Source of the DNA: Octopus vulgaris
Taxonomy: Eukaryota
DNA: 64,000 nucleotides
Reading direction: 5' to 3'
NCBI GenBank assembly: GCA_951406725.2
Contig: OX597815.1
Location: 49,042,001 to 49,106,000 of the forward strand
The notes under the pieces were generated by a model. The model made no database searches. It saw nothing but the letters and a program-made list of their open reading frames with translations, and had not been told where the DNA came from. Positions 28,023-42,774 of the stretch are shown here, in pieces. Position 1 is the first letter of the stretch. Each line of letters begins with the position of its first letter. Both the position numbers and the translations under genes were made by a program.

Positions 28023-28229
28023 AGGTTTGGCTAATAACAGCAACAACTCACTCTTCAGGTGACAGTAATCCCTCTTATAGTCTTATCCGCTCTTGTATCT
28101 TCTTCCTATTCACCCCTCTCGTTTCCTTCACTCTCTCTCTCTCCTCTTTATTCTCCTCTCTTTTCCATTCCTTCGGTATTTCCCTTCATCACTCGTAACA
28201 TTCTGTCTCTTAATGTGGTAACCAGATGA

Positions 28230-28428
28230 AGGCGGTGAGCTTACAGAATCGTTAGCATGCCGGGAATAATGATTGGCGGCACTTTGTCCGTCTTTACGTT
28301 CTGTGTTCAAATTCTCCCGATGTCGACTTTGTCTTTCATCCTTTCGGGGTACTAGTTGAAAACTGGAACCGATGTAATCGACTCACCTCTCCCCTAAAAT
28401 TACTGGCCTTGTGCCAAAACTTGAAAGC
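28230..28428 (+). mobile_element. SINE family A
   Basis: Family match. Confidence 0.8.
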
Positions 28429-29229
28429 ATTGTGGTAAGTAGTTAACGTGATACAGAGTAGCAACACACCTCGAACACCTGTTGATCACCGCTTCAACTC
28501 GCATGGTTATTTTCATTAACGTCTTAATTATTTTTCTTCTCGAACGCCATTTCTAGAGTTCCTTCGAGGGCAATGGCTATTTTTTTCCATCTGGAATCAA
28601 TAATCAATTGAATTTCCATCCAAATTCACACCATTTGAATCTTTCTACTTGCTCACACATACATGATGCTATGTTCACACAAGCTTGTCTACTTTTTCTT
28701 TGGTTTTTTTTTGTTTGTTTCTACTCGCTTACACAAGCATACATATTTCCACAATTTGACCAAACCACCTGCTGACATATACGTATCGCTACTCAAATTA
28801 CCAACGCAACCCGATCTACTCCTTAATTCTCTATTCGTCATCAACAACCTTTTAACCCTCCCCTATTACATTCTTCTTTACTTGAAATCACATACTCATA
28901 GACACTTCTTTTTGCTATTAGTACTCATGTTTGTTCAATAACGCACATAAAACCTTTTCCTTTAACTTTGCTATATATTTTTCTTTTTTATCGTGGTAAA
29001 GAGTTCCTTGCTTGAAATCTTAATACCGCTTTCTTTTCCTCATAAGATCTATATTATCTTTATCGGTTCAGACCACCGACTAAAGTTTTTGGTTGCCTTT
29101 TTAGTATATTATTAAGTCTATGAGTTATTAAGTGGAACAAAAATTCCATTAAAAAAAGCACAAAAACAGTCGCTGTTTGTGTTGTGGTGGAAAATATCGA
29201 ACTGGGTGAAAAGGGATTTTGTAAAGTAA

Positions 29230-29760
29230 GTGATGGGAGCAATTCTTCGGCTGTTGATGATGGTAGTGTTATTTTTTGTGGTGATGGAAATGATTGCAAT
29301 GGTGGTGCTAATGGTGATGGTGATAACGATCGTGATGTCAGAGATGGTGATGATGATGCTGACGATGATGGTGGAGAAGATCGGGGTAGAGATAATGGTG
29401 CCGTTGTGAGTGATGATGGTGGTGGTGGGTGATGAGTGTGGTGGTAGGTGATGAGTGTGGTGATGGTGACAAATATGGTGCTGATGGTGTTGGTGGTGCT
29501 GATGGTGACAGAGACAGTGATACTTCTAATGGTGGAAGCGATGGTAACGGCGGTGGCGCGTTGGTGATTATGGAAAGGGAGAGGGTGACAGTAATAGCGC
29601 TGATGCTGATGATGGAAATGATGATGAAGGTGATGGAGTGATGATGGCAACGCTGAGAGCAATAATGAAAAGAGTGACGGTGGTGGCGGCGAAGATAGAG
29701 ATTTTGGTGGTGGAGGTGTTACTAATGGTGATAGTTGAGGTACTGGTGCCTCTAGTGATG
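29230..29760. repeat. (GAT/GGT)-rich low-complexity tract
   Basis: Direct reading. Confidence 0.85.
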
Positions 29761-30014
29761 GCAGTTATTGGTCAGAGGTGCTAGTAAGTGTGAAAGTTGA
29801 GTATAAAGTCAAAACAAGAAGGAACTGCTCGCGTGGAAGTCTAAAAATGGATGGTGACATAGATTTCGTCTGTTTATTCTGTTTTAATTCAACAAACAGT
29901 CTGGTCGAATATTGGGTTTTGATCAAAATATATTGATTCCCTAAAATACCTTAATTTCTTCTTAGTTTTGACTTCTCTCTCTCTCTCTCTTTCACTCTTT
30001 GCATGTATGTATAC

Positions 30015-30102
<88 letters not shown>

Positions 30103-30379
30103 ATCTATCTATCTATTTATCTATCATCACACACACGAGCGGACTATCTGCTCCTTCCTCCTTTCTCTCTTATCTAGGCTTTTTTCTTTTATCCGGGAGA
30201 CAAAGATGCATGCTCGAAACGTCATTTTTACTCCTATTTTTCCATCTAAACATTTCACTGAGCGTCAATCTAATATATTCACTGTTGACGTCCAATTGAC
30301 TTTTGTTTTCTCCTGCGTTCTTTCCTCTTGGTCCCCTCCCCACCACCACATGTCTCTTTTATCTTTCCGCCTTGAGGAA

Positions 30380-30511
30380 TTTTAGTTGAACAAATCAACC
30401 CCAGCATTTATATTTTTAAGCCTGGTACTTATTCTATCGATCTCTTTTGCTGAACCGCTAAGTTACGGAGACGTAAACACGCCAGCATCCGTTGTCAAGC
30501 GATGTTGACGG

Positions 30512-30562
<51 letters not shown>

Positions 30563-30615
30563 GACGGGCTTCTTTTCAGTTTCCGCGCCTACCAAATCCA
30601 CTCACAAGGCTTTGC
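30380..30615 (-). mobile_element. SINE family C, partial
   Basis: GAACCGCTAAGTTACGG and CTACCAAATCCACTCACAAGGCTTTG with internal (CA)n(TA)n. Confidence 0.8.
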
Positions 30616-30649
30616 TCAGCGTGATTACCATTCTGCCTGTTCACCGAAT

Positions 30650-30697
<48 letters not shown>

Positions 30698-30705
30698 AAT
30701 AATAA

Positions 30706-30736
<31 letters not shown>

Positions 30737-30838
30737 AGTAATAGGAATCAATCTCCTTATTCGACCTCCTCTTCTTCGTTATCATCATAGTTTTCTTCTT
30801 CTTCTTCTTCTTACTACTACTACTACTACTACTACTAT

Positions 30839-30888
<50 letters not shown>

Positions 30889-31464
30889 TCCTTTTTGCTG
30901 AAGCAAAGATATGTTGTGTTGATAACAGGAGACAATTTATCTCGGCTGACGACGCCTTCCGCCATAATGAAATTATGCGTCAGGTCGTGGAAGACTTTTC
31001 TTTGAGTCTTCAATGAAGGATGACAATAAAGCGACTCGCAAATTAACAAACCTCAATGCCATATTGTGTTTATCTGTTATTGTTGGTTTATAAATTACTT
31101 CGATGTGTGTATATGTATATCTGTACGTGCGTGTGTATATATGTATGTATCCATATTTGTATGTACGAATGTATATATGTGCATGTGTTTGCATGCGTAT
31201 TGTATACATATTTGCGTGTGTGTGCGTGTGTATGCATGTATTTATGCAACTCTATACATAGACACACATTCATGCGTATGCGTGTATGTAGATGTATGTG
31301 CATATATATAAGTGTACATATGCGTCTGTGTATATGTTTGCATCTATGCATCTTTATATGCCTGAATGTGTGTGTGAGTATAAAACTACGTACACATGTG
31401 TATATAAATATTTTCATCTGTGTATGCAATCATGTACGAATAGACGTGTGTATATATATATATA

Positions 31465-31514
<50 letters not shown>

Positions 31515-32157
31515 CATGCAAACACAGACACATCCATACACACATGAACACATACACACACAAACACACATACACACACATGTATTGGTGCAAAACCGTT
31601 CTTCTTTCTTCGACTAACCAAGAATTCCTGAATATATGGTAACGAAAATAAATTGAATTATTCCAGATTACTTCTGATGAATTTCTCCAAGAAAACATGG
31701 AAAAGTGACATTGGAAGTTATTTTCGCTTATTATTCGTTAGATTTGTCAAAGATGAACATTATTATTTCAGCTATAGAGGTCGCACTGCACACATTGTGA
31801 CAACAGTAATTTCTGGAAACGTTTAATCAAAGTTATTGATATTTTGTTTGAAATTCTTCTTTGGATAACAAATCGATGGAGATTGCTTATGATAGATTGT
31901 CTTGTTGTCGTTGTTGTTCATGTTCTTAACTTTCTAACCTTTTACTTGTGTCAGTCACTAGGCTGAGGCCATACCGGAGCACCGACTTGAAAATTTTTTT
32001 TAGTAGAACGAATCGACCCCAGTACTTACTTTTTTTTTAAAGTCTGGTACTTATTCTATCGAATCTCTATCCCCGAACCGCTAAGTTACGGGAACGTAAA
32101 CACACCAACACCAATTGTCAAGCGCTGATGAGGGACAACCCCCCCACACACACAACG

Positions 32158-32222
<65 letters not shown>

Positions 32223-32293
32223 GTCTGTCTAACTACAAGGTTCCGGGTTCAGTTCCACTGCGTGACACCTTGGGCAAGTGTCTTCAACTATAG

Positions 32294-32985
32294 CAAGGTG
32301 CTTGAAAAAGTGGAAGTCGGTAGGAGAAAGGTTTGTGGAATAAACTGGGTGGGGAAGAACTTCGTAGCCAAGTTCCCTCAACTTCTGGAGCGTGATTAGT
32401 GAAACGTGTGGTCGAGAATTGTCATGAAGAATGATTAGACCTCCGGGTTTTAAGAAGTTACAGTGGATGAGTTTAGCATTTTGCTCTAATCACTGCGAAG
32501 ATCGTTTTTTTTTATATTGTTGTACAGAATCTACTTTTTATCGCAAGTTACAATACGGTCGAGAAATGGACCGGTCTGGTTACAGAGAAGAAGCGACGAG
32601 CAAATTTAATAACTGCGTATTTTCTGATTTTCATTTAAATCGTGTGATACTCATTTGCCGAGTTCTTTCTTTATTTTTCGATCGGATGCAAATGGCTGCA
32701 GACAGTTTTCTGGATAACGTTTCTCGAGTGGTTTTACGTGGATCTTTCTCAACGATGGTCTTTAATTGACCATCGTAGACGACAGATGAGTGTCACTATG
32801 CTCCCGATCTTCAAGACTCGGCTCTCCACTGTGAAATCATTTAAACCATCTTCAGGGTGTCCACTCATTGGTCATTTCCTCACCAAACGTTTCGTTGATA
32901 TCGCGAGCAGTTTCGGCAGCTTTACGTCCTTTTTTGAAGTTGAATAGCAAAATTGCTCGAATATTGCGCTTTGACAATTCCATTT
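32294..32985 (-). pseudogene. Second mariner transposase pseudogene, internally deleted
   Basis: MELSKRNIRAILLFNFKKGRKAAETARDINETFG..., FLDRIVTCDKK*ILYNN, IILHDNSRPHVS...HPVYSTNLSPTDFHFFKHL; probable TIR near 33150-33176. Confidence 0.88.
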
Positions 32986-33223
32986 CAGATTATTGTAACA
33001 AGGGTGAAAAAAAATATCAATGTTAATTTATTGATTCATTTAGGCAAGTCTATGTCTGAATAATCAGACAATTGCAAAAAAAAAAAAAAGTTTAAAAACA
33101 TTCAAAATTCTGCAAAAATCCTGTACAAATTCTTCATGGTCCAAAACGTTGTTTACTTTTATACACAATTTGATATATATATATATATATATATACATAT
33201 ACACACACAGATATAAATACATT

Positions 33224-33257
<34 letters not shown>

Positions 33258-33361
33258 TGTATGTATGTATGTATGTATGTATGTATGTATTTATGTATGT
33301 ATGTATGTATGTATGTATGTATGTATAATATATATATATATATATACATATGCACACACAA

Positions 33362-33399
<38 letters not shown>

Positions 33400-34390
33400 G
33401 TAAAGAACCTTATTAGGGGTCACTGAAACTGATAGAAATAGGAGGCAAATGTTCCTCAAATCACATCTTATCACCTGGAAAAACAATTGGGCGTGAGTGT
33501 TTATATACATATATATATGTGTGTGTGTGATAATATACGGTGTATATATGTTAAATCCTGGGAATATGCCTAAATAAAAAAAATAGGAACGGCTCGATCA
33601 TAAGTCTTCTAGATTGTGGGTAAGATGGCTTAAATATCAACAAACCAACAGCAACAGCTGCAGCAACAACAACAAAAACAACACCAGTAGCAGTTGCAAT
33701 AATATCTCCAAACCATCTGTTCACATCAGTTACTAAAAGACCTTGAATCTTTGGTCTGCTGTCATGCCATGTTCTTTCCACCTCCTTCTACTTTTCCTAC
33801 CTTTGATGTAAACTATTGCCCTCCCTCCCTATTTTCCTTCTACCCCGACTAAACATGCACCTTTACCTGTCAAACTAATTCGTACAGCCATTTTTAATCT
33901 CGCATAATTTCACACTTATATAATCAGGAAAGATTCCATTTTGCTCCAGCACAACATCAACCCATGTTTTGGTTACAAGATTAAAGAAGAATGATTGCTA
34001 CATTATTCTACTTCATATTGGCTCCTTAGAAATTATAGCAGAGATACTTCGCTACTAATTTAAAACAACTAACTTTTGGCGAATAACGATTCAACAGAAC
34101 ACTTAAGGAGTTACGATTAGCAAATTATTTGTATATTATAGGTCTAGAAAATAGGTCGTGGATAACGATCGGCATGCAACGAAATAGTAAGGTCGGTATT
34201 AACAAACTCAATGTAATGAACAAAGACATTCTAATCGATTGAAACTGATTAAAAATGTAATATGAGCAATGCAACGAAGAATAAGTCTGATTTTAGTGGT
34301 AGAGTTGACAATGTTTCAGTCTTATTAAACTTTTTCAGCGAAGTATTATCTTTGATATATGTATATATGTATATAAATATATATATATAT

Positions 34391-34561
34391 AACAATTGCA
34401 GCGTGGAAGGTGTTTAAAAGCTATTTAAGAAATACACAAAATCCGTTAGATTCACTTCAACATTTAAATATAATTTGTCTAAATTTAAATGTTGAAATGA
34501 ATCTAACGGATTTTGTGTGTTTCTTAAATGGCGTATAAACACCGTCCACGCTGCATTTGTT
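34391..34561. repeat. Long imperfect palindrome (~80-bp arms) next to a (TA)n tract
   Basis: AACAATTGCAGCGTGG...CAACATTTAAAT versus ATTTAAATGTTG...CCACGCTGCATTTGTT. Confidence 0.9.
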
Positions 34562-34642
34562 TTCGTTTCAGCACATGATCTCAGATCAGGTCACTTGCTA
34601 TGCAAGTACATCTCCGTAATATATATATATATATATATATAT

Positions 34643-35042
34643 GGAGTGGCTGTGTGGTAAGTAGCTTGCTAACCAACCACATGGTTCCGGGTTCAGTCCC
34701 ACTGCGTGGCATCTTGGGCAAGAGTCTTCTGCTATAGCCCCGGGCCGACCAATGCCTTGTGAGTGGATTTGGTAGACGGAAACTGAAAGAAGCCTGTCGT
34801 ATATATGTATATATATATATGTATATGTGTGTGTTTGTGTGTCTGTGTTTGTCCCCTAGCATTGCTTGACAAACGATGCTGGTGTGTTTACGTCACCGTC
34901 ACTTAGCGGTTCGGCAAAAGAGACCGATAGAATAAGTACTGGGCTTACAAAGAATAAGTCCCGGGGTCGATTTACTCGACTAAAGGCGGTGCTCCAGCAT
35001 GGCCGCAGTCAAATGACTGAAACAAGTAAAAGAGTAAAAGAG
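34643..35042 (+). mobile_element. tRNA-derived SINE family C (CORE-like block), full length
   Basis: GGAGTGGCTGTGTGGTAAG head, GGTTCAGTCCC B-box, CTTGGGCAAG core, internal microsatellite, GTAAAAGA tail repeats. Confidence 0.88.
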
Positions 35043-35210
35043 TATATGATCGCTAAATCCACACGTTTTTTATTCTCTATTTTTTCTTATTCCTTTCTTT
35101 TGAAGAGCGTAGGCTCAAAAGTAAAAGACTTTTTCACTTTCCCGAGCATCAAGCTATTACACCTGCTTGTTGTTCATACACCTGTCTTTTGTTTTTCTGT
35201 AAATTTCAAC

Positions 35211-35290
<80 letters not shown>

Positions 35291-35999
35291 TGTGTGTTTG
35301 TGTGTGTTTTTGTGTTTTGTTTTATATTTTCATAAAAAAAACTAGGAATACAAACTAAGGCAAAGAACCCGATATATAATTTCAAATGGAAATATTTGTT
35401 TCTTGAGAGAATGGCTCTCACCACCGACCTACCTTAACACTATTGTACAGGAATACTCTAACGAATAAAAACTAAACGGTTTGGAATGAATCAAATTCTA
35501 CTAGCCTTCTTGTAGTTGGCGAATTGGCAGAGTCGTTAGAACATAGGATGACGTGCGTTGTGGTATATATTCTGGCTTCTTGCGTTCTGAATTCAAATCA
35601 TGCCGAGATCAACATTGGCTCCCCCAGGGGCCGACGGATAAATTATCAGCATCAGGCAGTAGATTAGCAGAATCGTTATATCGTCGGACGTGATGCTTTG
35701 TGCTATATATCTAAAATCATTTCAATTCGTATGGCGTTGTGACTTAAGTTCTCGAGAAGTTGCACATAAAATCCCTTTTCGTGTAGTGGAAAGATTGACA
35801 TAACTTTTCAACATTTTCTATGTTTTATTCAGAAAGGACAGACAAAAATATTTCATTATAAAAAAAGGAATTTGTCCGAAACGTTTCGGAAACTCCTTTA
35901 TAACCGCATACCAAGCGAAGAAATTTTATTTACAAAATAAACAAATACAATTTTCAGCAAAGTACGCCATTACTGGTTGCCTTGGTGAATGCATATATT

Positions 36000-36053
36000 T
36001 ATGTGTATGTGCGTAGGTGTGTGTACATAGATACATATATGTATGTATGTGTG

Positions 36054-36149
<96 letters not shown>

Positions 36150-36254
36150 TAGATAGATAGATTATGTATCTGTGTATATATATATATATATATATATAAC
36201 ACACATTTATATAATAAAAAACATGTATGCATATATATATATCATGCATACATA

Positions 36255-36324
<70 letters not shown>

Positions 36325-36593
36325 CATATACATATATATACATATATATTCATAATACATACATACTACTACATACATACAAATAAAAGTTGAGCAATAT
36401 ACAGAATCTAGCAAGCAGAAAGGCGAGAAATTGCAGGAGAGATGACTGTTTTGATGTATTGGATCTCATCAACCACATGTACGTTTAACCTGAAGCTACG
36501 AGAAAAGTGAAAAGGGAACATGTATGTATGTATATATATGCGTTATGTATAATATACTTACATGCGTACACACACACACACACATATATATAT

Positions 36594-36641
<48 letters not shown>

Positions 36642-36843
36642 TGGCGGTGTAAGGCAGATGGTGAGACATATTAGGTCGAAGCAGTGGACTGTCACACTAT
36701 TTCTCAACATGGGTCTTGTTCAGCAATTTATTAACTATTATACACATACATTATTTGTACATTATACAAACATACATATATGGATAGAAGCAAACATACA
36801 TACTTACATACATATATATCATGTACTGATTATTTACATGCAT

Positions 36844-36874
<31 letters not shown>

Positions 36875-37151
36875 TATATGTGTGCATACATAAATATATG
36901 TATATATTTATATGCACACATACATATATATATCAATACATTTATACACACGCACATATATATAAGCATATGTATATATACATATATATGCATGTATGTA
37001 TATATACATATATATGTATGTATATATATACATATTTGTGCACGTATATATATATGTAAATATATATATATACACATATGTATACATATATATACATGCA
37101 TGTATATATACATATATATGCATGTCTATATATATGCATATGCGTGCCTGC

Positions 37152-37244
<93 letters not shown>

Positions 37245-37395
37245 GGATATATGTATATATATATCTTAATGCATATATGTATGTCTTATTAGGCGGATAT
37301 ATGCATATACATACATAAATGTCAATATATACACATGTACCTATGTAAATATATACGTGCGTTTATGTACGTATATATGTACCGAAACGCGCATG

Positions 37396-37447
<52 letters not shown>

Positions 37448-37901
37448 AAAGAAAAGAAGGGTATGGACACATTGAACGTGATAGCACACATCACACGTAC
37501 GTACTCGTATACATACACCAACACCTATATATATGTACACATATCTCTCCGTCCATCCACTGACACAACACCAACATGCACCATATTTAAGTAGGACCCA
37601 TGTTATCCAGCCTTCAGATGCTAATCTTCTCCGTTCTTGATAGTTTAGCCAGAAGCTATAGACCTGCATATTTTTGTCATTCACTTTTCTGAATGTGATC
37701 AAATGATACCATGCATACTCTAATGGATTCATCTCCCTTTTGCCTGCTCTTTAATATCTTTCATCAAAACTCCTTAAATAGAATTTTCTTCTCGCGTGCA
37801 CTGCACACTCTCTCTGTCTGGCTGTTTCTCTCTCTCTCCATTATAGATGTAAGTATGTACATATACGTATGTATATATGCATATAAATACATATATATAT
37901 C

Positions 37902-37987
<86 letters not shown>

Positions 37988-38025
37988 ATATATATATATA
38001 TATAATACATATATATAATACATGC

Positions 38026-38056
<31 letters not shown>

Positions 38057-38133
38057 TTACTCATTACTCACACAGACATGTATATGCTTATACAGATGTA
38101 CGATTACACTGTATGTATGTGCATATAAATAAT

Positions 38134-38179
<46 letters not shown>

Positions 38180-38236
38180 CATATACATACATGAGTGTGT
38201 CGTGCGTGTGTGTGTGTGTAGATATGCAATGCGTGT

Positions 38237-38277
<41 letters not shown>

Positions 38278-38290
38278 TCTGTGTGCGCGC
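36000..38290. repeat. Compound (TA)n/(CA)n/(GA)n microsatellite field
   Basis: Direct reading; source of the YI/HT/CV ORFs. Confidence 0.9.
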
Positions 38291-38841
38291 GGGCATGTGT
38301 GCCTATATATTCGTTGTCACTGAGATGCCAGCTGCCTCCGTTTGGAATTTTATCGGTTCATTTACCCTGACTGTCCATGTATGTCCTGTACGTCTGTCTG
38401 ACTGTCCAACTATGCCTGCCTTGTGTATTTGACTTTTATCTAACTATCGTTTCATCTCCCTCTCTCTCACATACACTAATACACTCTCATACACGCAGTT
38501 ACTCTCATTTACACACTCCTTTTCACTGTCCCTCTCTCTCCTTCTTTCTGTTCCATCTCTTCCTTTCCTTTCTAACTCTTGTCTTTTTGTCTGTGTATTC
38601 ATCTCTTCTCCAGGATTTCTGTCAGCCATATTAGTCTGATTTTTCGTGTCTTTTATGTCCTTAATCTCGTCCATTCTTTTCTTTCCCTTCCTTACTCTCT
38701 CACGCACACTCTTTGCCTCCCTGCGTGTCTCTGTGTGTGTATCTTTCTGTTTCTGTCCTTCTTTTCGTATATCTGTCAGCCATGTTACCCTGTCTTCTGG
38801 AATATAGTCGTTATTCCCTTTCCTCTTATTCCCCCTTTGTC

Positions 38842-38924
<83 letters not shown>

Positions 38925-40416
38925 CATTCCTAATGTTCGCCTACATTGTCGCCTGTTTGCTAAGGCGGCCGATCATCCTGTTGATTATATGTGTTAACTC
39001 TATGTCCTTCAAGTTAATATATCATACATACGTACGTACGTACACACACACACACACATAGACACACACACACACACACACAGACACACACACACACACA
39101 GACACACACACACACGTGTATATGCTGCGAACGAGAAAGCGAGTGTTTTGGGTGACGGATGAGGTGAGTAAGTGAAGTAGGACATCTCCTATACTTCCCT
39201 CTAGAGATCATATACCCCTAATTGTTTTAGAGTCAGGCTATAAATGTTTTCTTTAAAAAGAAAATTTATTTATATGCTCAGATGCTTTGTCACATATCAC
39301 AACGTTAACATATATCTACATCTCCGCCCCCACCACCACCACCACCACATGCACACACATGCATACACACATGTACAAATACACAAACGCAATTGCATAT
39401 ACACGTACACATATTGAGATTGCTTTTATTAATCTGGAAGTCAACAATGATGACGCATCCTTACCTATTCTGTCCATCTCTGTCCGCCATTGCACTTCAT
39501 AAAAATTAGGACATGGAAGTCGACATTTTGTTTTGCTTCCATTACGATCAATTCGAGAAAAAGCTTGAACACCGCATATAAAGAGAAATTCATACAGGTA
39601 CTGAAGCATACCACTCTTTTTCCTTCTGCGTGCCGCATTTGATTTACAAGCATTAGCGGCTGTGAATTTCCTTACCAAAGACTGAAAACTGATGGCTTTT
39701 TTTTTTGCCTCTGGAAATATGCAACAGTGAATTGCTGTAGTCGTGTTGTTTTATTTACATTTTACTTTGTTAGTATCTAGTTCTCGCCTCTGGATTTACT
39801 TTTGAGATACAGGATCCATTTCATCCCAAGCAGAAGGCTGGTTCACATGGCATCAGAACTTGTCTGTCACCGATAATACGGTGTGAGACATATCTAAGGA
39901 TCACCCCTCCTCCTCCTCCTGTAAGTCTTGTATTCTTTCCTTAACCCACAAGACTATTTTTTGCTGACTCATGACTGGGGCCCTTGACGGGCACTGCTTT
40001 CCAAAATGGACCTGGGAGTATTAATAACTAAGGTGTAAATTCATACTCCCCAAAACTCCTTGAACTGCAGTCGGGGCCTCCGTACCAGATGCGGTAGAAC
40101 GAAAAGCAGAACTAATGAAGGAGCCCTTACATAATGAACTCAACCTACTGAAATAACCCACCTCAATGAACAGGGGACATTAATTAATGTCTACATACCT
40201 CTAAAAGCCGCGATGGTTATGGCTGGACTGTCTAAGATCATAAGTTTGCTCAATGAAGGTTGACATGGGAGTAAGCAACAGCAATACTACTGTAGAATTA
40301 TAGTCCTATTACAATATGATACCAATACTATTACATCACTATACCATTATTGTAGAATAGTACACCAATACATTCCCCTATTAAAATTTTACTCTACTAC
40401 ATCTCTAAATGTTGAA

Positions 40417-40584
40417 GGCGATTGGCTCAGTGGTTTGAGCGTCGGACTGGGCTGTATGTTGTGCTCTTCAGCAAGACACTTTATTTCACGTTGCTCCAGT
40501 TCACTCAGCTGTAGAAATGAGTTGCGAAGTCATTGGCGCCATGCTGTATCAGCCTTTGCCTTTCCCATGGGTAACATCAGTGGC
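40417..40584 (+). mobile_element. SINE family B, 3'-truncated
   Basis: TGGCTCAGTGGTTTGAGCGTCG head and ACTTTATTTCACGTTGCTCCAGTTCACTCAGCTG core. Confidence 0.8.
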
Positions 40585-40643
40585 ACACTTGCTCTATTTC
40601 AGTTGCTGCACATTTCTGTTCTTGTTTTCCTCTTTATCTAAAT

Positions 40644-40972
40644 CAGTGGTTCTCAACTGGTGGACCCTTATGGATTCATATAAGATTTTGTAGGGGTCCA
40701 CATTTGCGAAATAGTAAAATGGGGATTCACAGTAGTATGAAAAGCATAAAAATTTTGATTTAAATGTATTTAATGCATGAAACAGTTATGTTTCTTTCTC
40801 TATCATTTTACATAGTTCAGCCGACACAAGTGAATGAGTGAATATTAAAATAGGAATTACGAAAGAGATATCTATAAGATTAGTTTTTTAAGCACCGAAT
40901 ACCTATGAGGGTCCACCAGAATAAAGTAATGAATAAAGGAGTCTATAGATACAAAATGGTTGAGATCTACTG
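40644..40972. mobile_element. hAT MITE
   Basis: TIRs CAGTGGTTCTCAAC / GTTGAGATCTACTG; flanks ATCTAAAT/GTCCAAAT. Confidence 0.8.
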
Positions 40973-41750
40973 GTCCAAATGATTAATTTCATTACGCCAG
41001 AAGCCATTCGGTAAGTATTACTGACTTCGAACTTAGGACTAACATTTTAGGTGAGGATTATAGTCATTTATATGGATCCAAATTGTTGACTGCCCTCTAT
41101 TTCATCAAGCCGGAAACGATGAAAGGAGCAATCAACCACGACAAGATTTGAACTTAAATATAAAGGTTCTTAACTAAATGCCGCGAAACATTTTGTCGGA
41201 AGTTTCCTCCTAGTGTGCCAGTATACTCGCTGCCCTTTATTTCAGAATAGATATTGACTTGTGACATATGCACAAGGTCTGCAATATGGGGGTAGAGAAG
41301 TAGTCGATTAAGACTACATCAGTATTTGGCTTGTAAAAGATTTCATTGACTCGCTCAGGAAGGATGAAAAACAATGTTGACATTACTAGGTCTTGAACGC
41401 AGAATATAAAGAAAAAAAAAATTGTCTGGCATAAAAAAGTTTCTACCATCTATCGCCCTTAACACAGGCACAAAGTTCAAAATTTGGGAATGGGTTTAGT
41501 CGTGGCCATCGACCTTAGTGTAGAAAACGCTGCGTTGACCTCAAAGAGTAAAGAACCAGAGCGGACACTGCAAGGTATTTTGTGCAACGCTTTACTTATT
41601 CGGCCAATCCATCATTCACTTAAGGAAGAAATATTAATAAGAAAAGGGAAAATAAATGAAAATCCGAAGAGAATTTTCTATTTGCAATCTCTCTTTTATT
41701 GGTTTGTGTGAGTGTGTGTGTGTGTGTGTGTGTGTTTCGATAAGACTGCA

Positions 41751-41819
<69 letters not shown>

Positions 41820-41879
41820 ACTATCTATCTATCTATCTATCTATCTACCTACTAACCTATCTATCTGTCTGTCTGCCTG

Positions 41880-41944
<65 letters not shown>

Positions 41945-42340
41945 GTGTATGTATATATATATGTGTGTGTGTGTGTGTGTATTTGAAAAAAATGAATAAA
42001 AATGGCCTTTCTGACAATTTTTCTACTTTAATTAGATGTTTATAAATCAATATCTAATTATTAAGGTGGGAAAATTATCAGAAAAGCCATTTCTGCTTCT
42101 TTTTATATACTGTACCAAGGACTTTCTATTTCGAGTTCTACTGGACCACTGAACTCAACACATTTTTTTTTCATTCTCTCTCTGTTCATTTCCTCTTTTT
42201 CTTTTCTGTCGAAGAACGTAGGCTCGAAACGTAAAACAATTTTCCATTTTTCTCGAGCGTCAAACTCATACACTTGCTTGTTATTCCTACACTTGTCTTC
42301 GTCTTTGTTTTTCTATAAATTTTATATATATATGTGTGTA

Positions 42341-42399
<59 letters not shown>

Positions 42400-42774
42400 C
42401 TTCTTAATTTCTCTATTTCTCTCTAGAGGTCAAAATTTAAAAATAGTTTTGGGCTAACAGTTTCTTTATGAATTAACTACTCTTTAAGAGTAATTAATTA
42501 ATTCCGATGTTTTGTGATATATAAGGCACTTTTAATTGTTACACTCCCACACCTATATACGGTACGAGCCGAATTATTGATGGACCCAAATCTTGTACTC
42601 TTCTTGAGTACAATCGATACATATCTCTCTGAAACTTGAGTAGTCCCGTGTATCTGCAGTTACTGTATGAAAACCACACCTAATTCTTCTATACATTGTT
42701 CTTTAGATTAAATCCATCCACCTAGTCATCCGTCTGATTGTGTGTGTGTGTGGTTTGTGTTTGTGTATGTGAAA

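Noticed and set aside
29060-29662. 200-aa Ser/Pro/Thr/His-rich ORF and opposite-strand Gly/Asp-rich ORFs
   Set aside because: Trinucleotide low-complexity tract open in several frames, with no domain
34581-35345. ORFs overlapping SINE family C
   Set aside because: Read-through of SINE sequence
35926-38432. Many long YI/CV/HT-rich ORFs here and at 31056-31698, 50582-51061, 53631-55594 and 60814-61597
   Set aside because: Translations of dinucleotide and tetranucleotide microsatellites that lack stop codons
39575-39612. IHTG zinc-finger-linker-like sequence
   Set aside because: No C2H2 cysteines in frame and stops adjacent
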